A stretch of 63,341 bases of DNA, the filler included, from Octopus bimaculoides (taxonomy: Eukaryota): NCBI RefSeq assembly GCF_001194135.2. It is 6 parts of 5 records of this genome, joined end to end, with 100 filler letters (N's around TTAATTAATTAA, not from the genome) between each part and the next. Parts side by side here need not be neighbours in the genome. Positions count along the whole stretch, not along the records: positions 11,880 to 22,948 come from NC_069000.1; positions 23,049 to 36,242 come from NC_068999.1; 4 more parts are not named here. One strand, written 5' to 3'. The translations under genes and the position numbers were made by a program. Under the pieces are notes generated by a model. It was given only the letters and a program-made list of their open reading frames with translations, searched no databases and was not told where the DNA came from. Of this stretch, positions 13,511 through 25,049 are shown one piece after another (the first letter of the stretch is position 1; every line of letters begins with the position of its first letter).

Positions 13511-14312
13511 AAGAAAGAAGAGTAAATGCTGTTTCGGTGTCGCTAGATCAGCAGTGGAGGAAAAGCAGCAAGTCTGTACACAAGAGATTGAAACTACTTG
13601 AAGTGAGATTAAGTTGAGCCAGTTGCTTCCAGCAAATTCGAAACCGTAATGTGCAGGCGTACGCAGCGGTATCATCATGTATAGAAATACATTATGAACG
13701 AGATTTCACTTTTACGTTTATTGTTATGTAAATTTATGTTAATATATGCGAATTTACGTAAAATTATGTGTCGTCTGAGGAGACGAGAGTCGTAACAACT
13801 GGCCGTGTTTTAAAAGAGCAATAAAAACGAAGTATATGTATATGAATGTGTGTATGCATATTTATGTATATATGTGTGTATATATGCATGTACCTATGTA
13901 TACTGTGTGCGTGTACGTGTGTTCACACACACACATATATGCAGACACAGCATATACACGTACATATATGCAAAGATATACATAAGTATATACGTAATAC
14001 ACGCGTGCACTTGTGTAGGTATATGTGTGTGTGTGTGTAACAAAAGCGTCGCAGGTTAACCATTATGCATGCAGTTGACATGCGTAGGTTTAATTCAGTG
14101 GCGACATCGGTGATGTCACCGTACTGCAATGGGCGACAGTTTCTCATTTACATAAATTAAATTACAGAATTATTTACAGAAGAAAATGCCAGTCATTATT
14201 AGTAAACTGGGAATGCATACACATGCATAAATACATGCACACACATATATGTGTAAATATATATATATATTCACATACACGCACACACATATATACATAC
14301 ATCTAAGTGCAC

Positions 14313-14353
<41 letters not shown>

Positions 14354-14558
14354 CATTATACAGATACGTATATATGCATATATATATATATATGTGTGTG
14401 TTTGCGCGTGCATGTGTGTGTGTGTGTGTGTACGTGTGCGCGCGTGTTGGGTGTATGATATATTTATATACACATGCATGATTTTTTGAATGCATGTATG
14501 TATATAAATATATGTATAAACATATACATGCATACACACACACATATATGTATATGTA

Positions 14559-14631
<73 letters not shown>

Positions 14632-14699
14632 GCATGCATACACATACATACATATGTTTACGCCTGTCCTTTGTATAGTGAAACCTTTCTAGAATGCGT

Positions 14700-14960
14700 T
14701 TAATCTTTTTTTCATCACCAGAATACCTAAGTATTTCACTGACGAAAAATAAAAAGTCTCAAATTCCTTTCTTTCTCCGTTGTCGTCTGCAATTTTTTCA
14801 CTTCCAATAAACAGATAGAATTCCCTCATAAAAGCCGTCTTGTTAGTATTGCACCTCTGTAATGGCGCTCTTTAACAATTTCCTTTCTTACCTCATGTCG
14901 CTAGGTGAACGAGACGAATGTCTAACACACTTCCGGTCTTTTTTCTGGGGGTTTTTTGCT
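14700..14960 (-). mobile_element. Possible Tc1/mariner transposase remnant
   Basis: Minus-strand peptides KTGSVLD, DDNGERKEF and SGDEK in the order expected for the HTH linker to first catalytic Asp; frameshifted. Confidence 0.3.
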
Positions 14961-15549
14961 CGCTTGTCACGGCCTTTTAATCATTTGTCGTAAAGAAAAA
15001 AGTGACGAAAATTAGCTGTAACAGCAAAGGGCAAACAGAAAAGGTAATAACACTCATGATGATGATGATGACAATGATGATGATGATAATTGTAGTGACT
15101 TCGACTATGATGATGACGTAGACGAAGTTGTCGACGACGATGGTTATGATAATGAGGAGAGTATTGAAGGTGCTGATGACGACGACGACGACGATGATGA
15201 GAAGGATAATGAAGGTGAAGATAGCGAAGAGGATGATGATGATGATGATGATGGTGATGGGGATATCGTTGATGATGACGACGGCGACGACGACATTTGC
15301 AAGGAGATGTTCACGATGACGAAATACGACAGCGATCAGCATATTCATGTTTGAATCCGCCAGAACGTTTTGAGAATGAATTAATACGTTACAGTTTGAA
15401 TTCTCGCTGTTCTGCACAGACTTCATGAATTATAATGGAATATCGAAGAGCCAAGTGTTTATTCAAATTTGATCATTGTCTGCGTAGAAATATTGGTGAA
15501 CCTCAAAGATAATGGTGTTAGCAACATGTCTATTTTCCTTCTATTGCCT

Positions 15550-15900
15550 AATCCATCCATTTACCTTCTCCGTCCACAATTCTTGGCAAGGCCGTGGAGG
15601 CAGAGCCCCCTGGTAGTTCCTCTTTCGGCTCCCATCAGAAGCAACCATTATTACACTTTGCGGCCGCATTCTCAAGCGTGACCAACTGAGACTATGGTTA
15701 TCATCCAACCATCTTGCTCGTGGTCTACCCCTGAACCTCTTGTTGGTTGGCTCGGTTTCAAGAATTCGTCTTGTGTTTGTTTCCTGTGACATTCTAGCCA
15801 CATGTTCGCATTACTGGGGCTGTGACTACTTAATGTGGAGAAGTAGCGGCTTGACCTGGAGAAACGCTTTGATCTCTGAGCCACTCATTCTGTCGAGTAC
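15550..15900 (-). mobile_element. RTE LINE 3'-end fragment
   Basis: HVARMSQETNTRRILE..KRFRGRPRARWLDD, typical RTE C-terminus; short (ATGG)n-like tail. Confidence 0.7.
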
Positions 15901-15921
15901 TGGACATAATATTCAAAACAG

Positions 15922-16131
15922 CATTAAAGCGGCGAGCTGGCAGAATCGTTACCATGCCGGACTAACAGCTTAGCAGCATTTCGTCCGTCTTTACGCTCTG
16001 AGTTCAAATTCCGCCGGGGGTTGACTTCGCCTTTCCTCTTTCCATGGTTGGTAAAATAAGTAGCAGTTGAACACTAGGGTCAATATAATCAATTTATCCC
16101 TTCCTCCGAACTTGTGCCAAAATTTGAAACC
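15922..16131 (+). mobile_element. SINE family A, complete
   Basis: Head GCGGCGAGCTGGCAGAA..GAGTTCAAATTCC; 14-bp TSD AATATTCAAAACAG (15908-15921, 16132-16145). Confidence 0.85.
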
Positions 16132-17039
16132 AATATTCAAAACAGTAATCAGTGAACTCTTCCATTTTAGATCTTCAATTTGGAGTTCGTTATTTCATCC
16201 CTGGTTGCTCCTTCGTTCATTAATATCGTATTACTGTTAGCATCCATCAATACAAAGCATTTTCCCAAACACTATTTTTAGAAAATCAAACGTAACTTTC
16301 AGGCAGTTATACTTCGGTCATTAATTACATCAGAGTGCAAAACTAGTCACCCTATTCAATTATTAAGTAACAAACAATATAATGATTACTTCCATCTTTA
16401 GCGACCTCGCAGCGATGCGTGTTATTTTGCTTTTCATGTTTTTGTGCTTAAATGGGAATAAAATTACAGAAAATACAAAATATTTTCTTGTTTGTATCTA
16501 ATAATTTGTGTAGCAATTATGTACGACTGGTGAATCGAGGAGTGAGTTGTTTAGCGTGACGGATACGCACTCAATTGATCTCTAATAATGATAACATTTC
16601 ATTATGTTAGATCTACAATTCTCTCACGTTTCAGTAATATTATCCTCTCTGCTTTGTTAGCAAATTTTACAAATTAATTTGTTTACTTCAACTGACATCA
16701 TTTCTACTCGAATTATTCTTGTTTTGCTCTGAATTTATGGGCGAATATACAAGTCAGAAATTCTTCAACATGAAGATATCTATTGGTTAAGGCGTGGCAG
16801 TGTGGTTAAAAAGTACGCATCCTAACTACGGGTTTCCTAAGGCAATTCAGCGGCTGGGCCTTTTGTGGGGGTGTTTTCTACAATAACCTTATGTTAACCA
16901 AAGCTACCATCGGGGTCTTATCTACCTTCTGCTGAGTCCTGTCTGTTGCCAACATTTAGACCAATTCACTGCTCAGAGAATAATTTCCTCCTATTTATCT
17001 CATCATTCTCGGGGAGTTGGGACGTTCATTTTTAGCAAC

Positions 17040-17475
17040 GTCCTCTGTACTTGACTGGTACTTTATCGACCTCGGAGTGAAGAAAAACGAAGCTGACCTC
17101 GGCGGGATTTGATCTCAGAATGTAAAAATATATCTTTTAATATAGGCATGAAACCAAGTGGAAGAGATTAATCGATACATCAACCTAACCACTTCAATGC
17201 TTACTTTATCATTTTGGATCATCAAAGGCTGGAAGTCGAAATCGGCCTTGGCGGTGCGGGATTTAAATTTAGAATGTAAACAGCTGGAGGAAATACCAAG
17301 AGGTATTTTTTCCGGCGCTGCAGCGATTTCTGCCGGGGTGCCACCCTCTAAACGATTCTATTCTGGTTTTTACTTTAGGAACAATATTGAAGGGAGGGGC
17401 TTAGTTCACACCATGAACTCCAGTACTTGACTGGTTCTTTACTTTATCGATCCCTGAGGGATGAAAGGCAAAGCT
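17040..17475 (-). mobile_element. Cluster of three diverged SINE family A fragments
   Basis: Repeated GACCTCGGCGGGATTT / GTACTTGACTGG / GATGAAAGGCAAAG motifs. Confidence 0.65.
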
Positions 17476-18547
17476 GTGTAGGTATATACATATATACATA
17501 GATATATATATGAGTGTGTGTATGTATATGCATGTATATATATCTATATCTATCTATCTATCTATCTATCTATNNNNNNNNNNNNNNNNNNNNNNNNNNN
17601 NNNNNNNNNNNNNNNNNNNNNNNNNNNNNNNNNNNNNNNNNNNNNNNNNNNNNNNNNNNNNNNNNNNNNNNNNNNNNNNNNNNNNNNNNNNNNNNNNNNN
17701 NNNNNNNNNNNNNNNNNNNNNNNNNNNNNNNNNNNNNNNNNNNNNNNNNNNNNNNNNNNNNNNNNNNNNNNNNNNNNNNNNNNNNNNNNNNNNNNNNNNN
17801 NNNNNNNNNNNNNNNNNNNNNNNNNNNNNNNNNNNNNNNNNNNNNNNNNNNNNNNNNNNNNNNNNNNNNNNNNNNNNNNNNNNNNNNNNNNNNNNNNNNN
17901 NNNNNNNNNNNNNNNNNNNNNNNNNNNNNNNNNNNNNNNNNNNNNNNNNNNNNNNNNNNNNNNNNNNNNNNNNNNNNNNNNNNNNNNNNNNNNNNNNNNN
18001 NNNNNNNAAATAACCTACAGATTGCAGCTGTTCTCGGTAACCCACCTCCACCCGCCGTCATCCAACAAATATATTTTCGTAATGAGATTTTCCAATCCCT
18101 AATTTATCTTCTGACCGACTGTCTCCACCTTAATTCTTGTCTCATTTGCTAGTTCCTTTTAGATTTTCTATCATCTGTGAATGTTAAAAAAGTAGGAACA
18201 CCCTTGTGGTTCCTCAGAAGATTAATTTGTGGCTTTCAAACCACCTTAGATTTTTTTTTTTTTTTTGATGGGAACATAAAATCGAGATCTTTGTAAAGTG
18301 TTACGACCATAGAAATGCTAAAAGAGACAATTTTTATATTTTTCCAATTCCCAGGGATTCATGAGAATCAAGCTGTGAGTAGTTGTGTTCTTGATCTTTT
18401 ATCTGTGTATAGCATCCAGAATGTGAGATACACGTATCTTCTCACCAGGATAGGTTGCTAGTCTTTCGTAGATAACTTTCTAAATAACCCTGGCATTTTA
18501 TACCCAGCTGGGGAAAATGAGAAAAAAAATATAAGGTTGGATTTTTT

Positions 18548-18712
18548 AAATATTGGTTTCAAGGCCAGCTATTTATGGGGAGGGGATAAATCGATTATAT
18601 CGACCCCAGTGTGTAACTGGTACTTATTTGATCGACCTCGGAATGCTGAAAGGCAAAGCCGACCTCGGCGGAATTAGTGACGAAATGTCGCTAAGCATTT
18701 TGTCCGGCGAGT
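18548..18712 (-). mobile_element. SINE family A (internally deleted)
   Basis: ATCGACCCCAGTGTGTAACTGGTACTTATTT..GACCTCGGCGGAATT..CTAAGCATTTTGTCCGGCG. Confidence 0.75.
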
Positions 18713-19596
18713 TGGATATTTTTGATATTGAAGCATATTCTTCTGGGCCACTTTCGCATGCGATGACTAATTCCGTCCTCGCTGTCTAACTCAAGCGAAG
18801 CATGTCGGTTAAGGACCGAAATTCTTGTGACTCTGAGTTACAGAAGTGTTTTCTGACATTGCGATGGATTCAGAAGAAGAGCTTCCAATTATTCTCAGTA
18901 ACTTCTATTGATTTTGTTTGGAGCAAAGCATCTCCCATGTTGTTTTTCTTATCACTTATTAACACTATTGGCACCGAAGACTGTTGCTTTGGACTTACTT
19001 GAGCTGTAACCGTAATATCTGTTGATAAGTTCCGTTCTTTTACATGTAGATAAGCCAAGTAGGCTAAATACAAAGTGTTTCTTTACAATGGGATATGAAC
19101 GTAGGACACGTCATAAGTGAGAGATGTCATCTAGCTTAATCTGCCATCTAGACAGACTTTAAGATATCTTATCTCTGAGATTAATATGAAGATTATAGAG
19201 GTTTTCTGTCGAGAGATATCGCAAATTGAAATACATCGTGAAGAGAAATTGATGTAATATGAAGAGTCTACAACGGGTGTTTGTCTGTTTAATCTTGATC
19301 TACAAGGAGAACAATAGTTACAAAAACAAGAATAACAACAAGGATAACAATAAATGAATGCAACAATAACAACAATAAAAATAATGGCAGAAATGGTGCC
19401 ATGATTTTTCCATTACATAACTAAGCAGTTCTTCGTGAAAAAAAAAAAATATGGGTTCGAGTCCCATGCGTACGTAAAAACCTACTTTTTTCCGTCGAGG
19501 GCTTATATGCTCCATTCTTAGACTATTTTCTTTAACCATTGCGCGGTGATCGCTTATAAGCTTTAAGCTTGCAAATGTGTGTGTTCGTGTATTATA

Positions 19597-19634
<38 letters not shown>

Positions 19635-19639
19635 AGTTC

Positions 19640-19890
19640 AAAAAAGGAAAAAGACAAGAAAACAACAACAAAAGACAACACGAGGACGTGATACAGATTA
19701 TGTTACTAGACGCTCGGGAAAGGAAAGAGAGAGAATATGACGTTTCGAGCGGAGCTCTTCGTCGGAAACAAGGAAAGTCCAAAGAAGGGAAAAACGGAGG
19801 AAGAAAAAATCGCCACCGATTTCACGAGGTTACATTGTGGAAGGACCGGAAGGGGAAGCGGTGGAGGAAAAGTGAAAAACCTTGATTTAG
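19640..19890 (-). mobile_element. Penelope-type terminal-repeat fragment with variant hammerhead-like motif
   Basis: Minus strand CCGACGA-A-GAGC(TCC)GCTC-GAAAC-GTC at 19739-19765; purine-rich plus strand as in PLE ends. Confidence 0.5.
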
Positions 19891-20460
19891 GTTAGTTTAA
19901 GGCATTAGTCTAACTAAGAAATATGGATATAAATACGATGAAAGTCACACAAATTGCTCTAAAAAGAGATCAACAACAGTAAACCCAGTAACCCAATGTA
20001 ACAAAGCGGCCATATTGAAGAATTACAATTCATTCTGATGAGAGAACAAATCTCTTCACCCTATTTGGGTTTTTTATTATTCGAAATATTATCATTTATG
20101 CAGTTCAATATAAATTCTATTCCCTTTTATAACTGAATAAATACTTCTATAAAATCAGGTCAACAAAATATGGACATTGTTAACAAAGAAAAAACTGAGG
20201 TAAATATTAAAGAAAAAAAAAAAGGAAAGAGAAGAATAATATAAATGTTAAGAATAAAACACTTGAGGGAACTTTAGGTAACAATAGGCATTTAAAACTG
20301 GTTTCTGATAATAGCTCCAGAATCTGTGAGTGAGAAGAATAAAGGGTTTGAGTTGGTGCGAGATGTGTAACAGGATTTATAGTGTCTCGGTAGTTGTATG
20401 TGTATAGATGTGTACCCAATAAAACTGCTCTGTTGTTGAATAGACGGGAAATGGAAGGAA

Positions 20461-20550
20461 AGAAGAAGAAGAAGAAGAAGAAGAAGAAGAAGAAGAAGAA
20501 GAAGAAGAAGAAGAAGAAGAAGAAGAAGAAGAAGAAGAAGAAGAAGAAGA
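20461..20550. repeat. (AAG)n microsatellite
   Basis: Directly visible. Confidence 0.95.
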
Positions 20551-20755
20551 TATGCATATGAAATAATACTAATAATAAGGTTGAGTGTTTTTACGGGCAG
20601 TGAGTTAGCATCTATCTATCTATCTATCTATCTCTCTATCTCTCTATCTATCTATCTATCTCTCTCTCTATCTATCTCTCTATCTATCTATCTATCTATC
20701 TCTGCGTATATGTGTTAGGTATGATTATATATATATGTGTGTATATATTCAAATT

Positions 20756-20795
<40 letters not shown>

Positions 20796-21229
20796 TATAC
20801 ATGCGTACACTATTTATTAAAGCCGAAAAATATCTTCACAAACTGTCACTCAGAACTTCACGTGACCGTTCATCAAACGTTTGAAAATGTCTGACGAACT
20901 GTTTGTTACTTGAAACTCAGAGTAGCAGTTTGAAAAGACGTTTTTTTTTGTTTTGTTTTTCGGCCTTAAGAAATAGTATATTGCTCTACTTTTGGTATTC
21001 GAGTACAATGTTTTCCACCATCTTTTGCATCTATGTACTTGTATTTGTTTTTCTGCTGAGTTGCAATAAAATCAATTTAACATTAAGCTGAACAATTAGT
21101 ACTTTTTGTAGAGTACTTCTCTATCATACTTTTACAAGAAGACGGGTGACAGTGACTTCGAAGTTTCGTCCTATTAGCTTTTATCATACACACACACACA
21201 CACACATGTATGTATGTGTGTGTGTGTGT

Positions 21230-21428
21230 TATCCAGGGGATAAGGTAAAGGGGCCGATACAGCTTGGCACCAGAGATGTCGCAACTCATTTCTACAGCTG
21301 AGTGAACTGGAGCAATGTGAAATAAAGTGTCTTGCTCAAGAACACAACACGCAGCCCGGTCCGGGAATCAAAATCACAACCCCACGATCGTAAGCTCGAC
21401 GCTCTAACCATTGAGCCATGCACCTTCA
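21230..21428 (-). mobile_element. SINE with family C head and core but a different tail
   Basis: Reverse complement matches 430-545 (CTTGAGCAAGACACTTTATTTCAC..CTCCAGTTCACTCAGCTG), then diverges into ..CTGGTGCCAAGCTGTATCGGCCCC. Confidence 0.7.
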
Positions 21429-22119
21429 CTACCTGTATGTATGTGTATGAATATATGTATACACACACACGTATACTCCATAAAATCTCGCATGCGTATA
21501 TCCTCGCTTCTATTTGTATGTGTGCATGTGTCTGTGTATATTATGTATGTATGTCAGTATGAGTGTATGTGTGTGTGTGTGTGTGTTCGTGGATACCGTT
21601 TCCCGAGAGAAGAAATCTAAATGGAAGAAGAAAAAGTTGAAGGAACTGGAGAGGGGTTAGGGTGTGGGAACTGGGTGAGTCTTTTAAGCGAGGAGAAAGT
21701 CATCGGAGTGTGGCGATGGACGCGAAGAGAATGCTTCTCACTGGATGACATCGAGATTTTCAGAGATTTCACGACATGACAGTCACAAACTCACACAAAC
21801 TCTCATGTCTTTGCACTTGAAGACCTTTCCTTAGAATTGTATTGGGCGGGTCTGGACAAGGATGGGGGTACGAACGGGTGGTGGTGACGGTGGTTACTGC
21901 TATTGGCGACAGATATGGTTTTGGTGGTGATGGCGGAGGAGGTTGTTGTTGTCGTTAGTTGGTGGTGGTGGTGGTGGTGGTAGTGACGGTGGTGGTGTTG
22001 TCAGTGTTGTCGTTGTTGTTGTTGTTGGTGGTGGTGGTGGTGTTGGTGGTGGTGTTGGTGTTGGTGGAAAGGAAAGAATATGTAAAAGAAAGAAATTATG
22101 GTATGTAGAGGTTGAAGAC

Positions 22120-22222
22120 AGAAGAAGAAGACGAAGAAGAAGAAGAAGAAGAAGAAGAAGAAGAAGAAGAAGAAGAAGAAGAAGAAGAAGAAGAAGAAGA
22201 AGAAGAAGAAGAAGAAGAAGAA
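22120..22222. repeat. (AAG)n microsatellite
   Basis: Directly visible. Confidence 0.95.
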
Positions 22223-22639
22223 GGTTCACACGTACATACGTCCACCATATTAGCACACACAGACAACCTTAAGCACTCCTCTTTCTCTTCGTCTTTGTCT
22301 TTTTAGCAATTCCCCATTTCAATGGGACCTGCTTTTTTTTTTATATACAAAGGCTGTGTATGTATAAGAGAATGAAAGGATGTGTGTGTATATGTGTGTG
22401 TGAATGATAGGTTGTATGTGTGACTGCTTTTGTGTTGACTGTTCTACAGCGGGCTGCAGATGATGTGACGGCCTCCTGGTTCAACCTGTAAATCAGTTCT
22501 CAGTTCACCTGTTGGAAAAATCCCACGGTTTGCTCACGCGTGTGTGTGCGCATGCGCATGTGTGCGAGCGTGTGTGGATGGAATTTGAACTCCAATACAA
22601 TATAGAAGCAACATAGAAGCCCAAGTATTGGCAGAGATC

Positions 22640-22948
22640 AACAGTCAGAAGAAACCTACCAGTATCCGACTGGTACTTGATTTTACCGCTACCTCTATCC
22701 CGTCAAAGATAAAAAAAATCAAAGTTGACCGCAGTGGCGATTTGAACTTGAAAGGTAAAGAGCCAAAACAAAAGCTACAAGCTGTTTTTTTGCTTTTTTC
22801 CCGACGCTCTACCTATTCTGCCAGCCCGTCGTCAGATTTAAGCAGAAAACAAGCAGAAAACAAGCAGAAAACAGTACTTGATCAATATTTTATTTAATCT
22901 AGCAGAAAGGGTAGCACGCCGGGCGAAATGGTTAGCGGTCTTTACGTT
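22640..22948. mobile_element. SINE family A fragments (minus at 22640-22830, plus head at 22900-22948)
   Basis: GACCGCAGTGGCGATTTGAAC and AGCACGCCGGGCGAAATGGTTAGCGG motifs. Confidence 0.6.
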
Positions 22949-23048
22949 NNNNNNNNNNNNNNNNNNNNNNNNNNNNNNNNNNNNNNNNNNNNTTAATTAA
23001 TTAANNNNNNNNNNNNNNNNNNNNNNNNNNNNNNNNNNNNNNNNNNNN
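22949..23048. other. Assembly placeholder gap with TTAATTAATTAA linker
   Basis: 44 N + 12 + 44 N. Confidence 0.95.
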
Positions 23049-24350
23049 TATCCAGCATAGTTTGTTTTCTTTCTCAATTAAGACTATGTTTGGCTTCCTA
23101 TTCTCTGTATCATGGTCGCACTGAATCACTTTCTGCTGTGTTGTCTATTCTGTATTTTACATAGTTTGTTCTTAGCGCTTAATCTTGGGCAGCACAGATT
23201 AGAGCGTCCGTTTCCGGTTTTAAATCACTTTTAGTCATCCACAGCCATCTTTTTTCTCTGTCTGTCTTATCCTCAGCATCCCTATGAAATTGACCATGCA
23301 TTCTTTTCTTTATCCACCTATTTTCAGTTTCATTCGTTTTCAATTTCTTGTATAGTGCTTTATCTTTGCAATCTTTCATCCTACACAAACCTGACCTTCT
23401 TACTTTTAATAATAGTGGTTCTGTGGAATTTTTTATATACCCTGCTATGTTATGTTGTTTTCTTCTGCTCTAATGCTATGTTCACATCCAATAAGTCCTT
23501 TCCTCCCCTCTTTTTCTTGGTAAATACAGTCTGTCTATGTCACTTTTTGGGTGGAGTGACCCATATTTAGTTAGCAACTTTCTTGTCTTTCTGTCTAAGC
23601 TGTTTAGTTTGTCTACTGTCCACGCGATTACCCTTGCTCTATATCTAAGGAGTGAAACCGCCCAGGTGTTGATAGCTTCGATCTTATTCCGTCCGTTTAA
23701 TTTTGACTTAAGGACCAGTCTCAGTCTGTGCAAGTACTCCACCTTAAATTTTTCTGTCATTTCTTTCTCCATCAATTTATCCATTTCCAAAATCTCCAAG
23801 TACTTATAGCCTGTTTCTTCTATCTGCTTCATAACCTCCCCTGATGGTATCATTAGCCCGTCCTTACTTTTATTCTGTCATAGATTACCTTTTGTTCATC
23901 TGTCATGTCGCCTTTAGTTTTATTGTCTTCTTTTAGATCATCTATATGTCTCTCGTCAAGTAAACTACCATTGCTCCTTTCCTGTGCTATGAGATTACAT
24001 TTATTAGTAAGAACTGTATTTTCATTGTTATCTCTGCTGCTATTTTCTATGACCCATCTTTTGATAGCTTTGAGCTCTACTTCTGTGAACCAACAATTTT
24101 TCTTATTGCTCTAGCTTGATTACATAGTCTCTGTTCTGTGAGTTGAAACAATCCCTTTTCTTTCCAATGATCACACATACGTTGTTGGTAACCCCCAATT
24201 TGAGCACCATTTTCATCTACCGGGCTGCTCAGATAGTAACACTCCATGACCACAGCATTAATTTGGAATTTTTCTTTTCTTTCTTAAAAGTTTTGCTGTG
24301 GTTTACAGTTTTTGTAGTTGTGCAGTATGTATATATTGGCAAGTGCTTAC
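23049..24350 (-). mobile_element. R4/Dong-like RLE retrotransposon (copy 2) with two internal deletions
   Basis: N-terminal MECYYLSSP..GYQQRM..EQRLCNQARAIRK; then MIPSGEVMKQIEETGYKYL..KSKLNGRNKIEAINTWAV..LHPKSDIDRLYLPRK; then MHGQF..LKPETDALICAAQD; then IQCDH..RKPNIVLIEKENKLCWI. Confidence 0.85.
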
Positions 24351-24496
24351 TTCCTTAATTTTTTTATCGTGCATTTAATTGTGTTGTTACAATAAAAGGC
24401 ATATTTACATATTCTGTTAGTCAGGGAAGACCAAAATGTTCACACAAAATTGGAGATATTAAAGTTTCTAAATTTTTTGAGGTGTTTGTTTGTGTG

Positions 24497-24880
24497 TCCG
24501 TCCAGAGAAAACTGTGGTGTTTATTTTTTTTTCAATAAAAAAGATGTTTACATTTTCGAATATCCAGGAAAAAAAGGAACAGAAAGAAAAAGAAATTAAA
24601 ATTTTTTTCACAGAAAATTGTAGATATGAAGTTTTAAAAATTTACTGGAGATGATCTTTTGTCTGTCGGAACAGAGAAAACTGTAGTGTTCTTGGAATAA
24701 AGAGGATGTTTACATTTTCGAATACTCAGGTGGAAAGGAAATGACGTATTCACAGAAGGTGTAGATATTAAAGGTTTTAAAGCTGATTGTTTCTGTGTTC
24801 GAAAGCTATAAATATGTAAGTCCTTTAATTTATTTTGAGGGAAATTCAAAATACTCACAGGAAACTGTAGATATTCCAGT
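24497..24880. repeat. Diverged tandem repeat, about 2.3 units of 162-169 bp
   Basis: AGAGAAAACTGT at 24504 and 24673; GATGTTTACATTTTCGAATA at 24543 and 24705; TGTAGATAT recurs three times. Confidence 0.7.
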
Positions 24881-25049
24881 CTTTTAGAGTTATTAGAGTT
24901 ATTTTTTCAGTTGTCCTGCTGGGTTGTATTAGTGTTTCTGTATCTTCAGCTGCTGACAGGTCAGAGCAGCGAAGAACATGTCCCAGCCACCTTATTTGGT
25001 ATTTTTTGATGTTGTTGTTATTTTTATTATTATTATTATTATTATTATT

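Noticed and set aside
14101-14120. GC-rich hairpin GGCGACATC-GGT-GATGTCACC
   Set aside because: A single short stem with no CTRR end or other Helitron/MITE hallmarks nearby; within chance.
16415-16501. Signal-peptide-like mini ORF MRVILLFMFLCLNG..
   Set aside because: It ends after 28 codons with no usable GT donor after the hydrophobic stretch, and T-rich DNA yields such peptides by chance.
19450-19470. ATGGGTTCGAGTCCCAT and other tRNA-like T-arms
   Set aside because: These are isolated B-box hairpins or SINE heads. No full cloverleaf with acceptor stem and anticodon arm can be drawn, so no tRNA gene is called.
12217-20915. Other CTGANGA boxes (12217, 12779 minus, 13215, 20035, 20891)
   Set aside because: There is no GAAA after a pairable stem II (20035 has a stem followed by TTCA; 20891 has GAAAC but no stem), so they do not fit a hammerhead.
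21860-22256. Pro/Thr-rich minus-strand frames (PPTPTPPP.., QQPPPPSPPKPYLSP..)
   Set aside because: They derive from (GGT)n/(GTT)n repeats, and the non-repetitive frame is preceded by an in-frame TAA with no acceptor.
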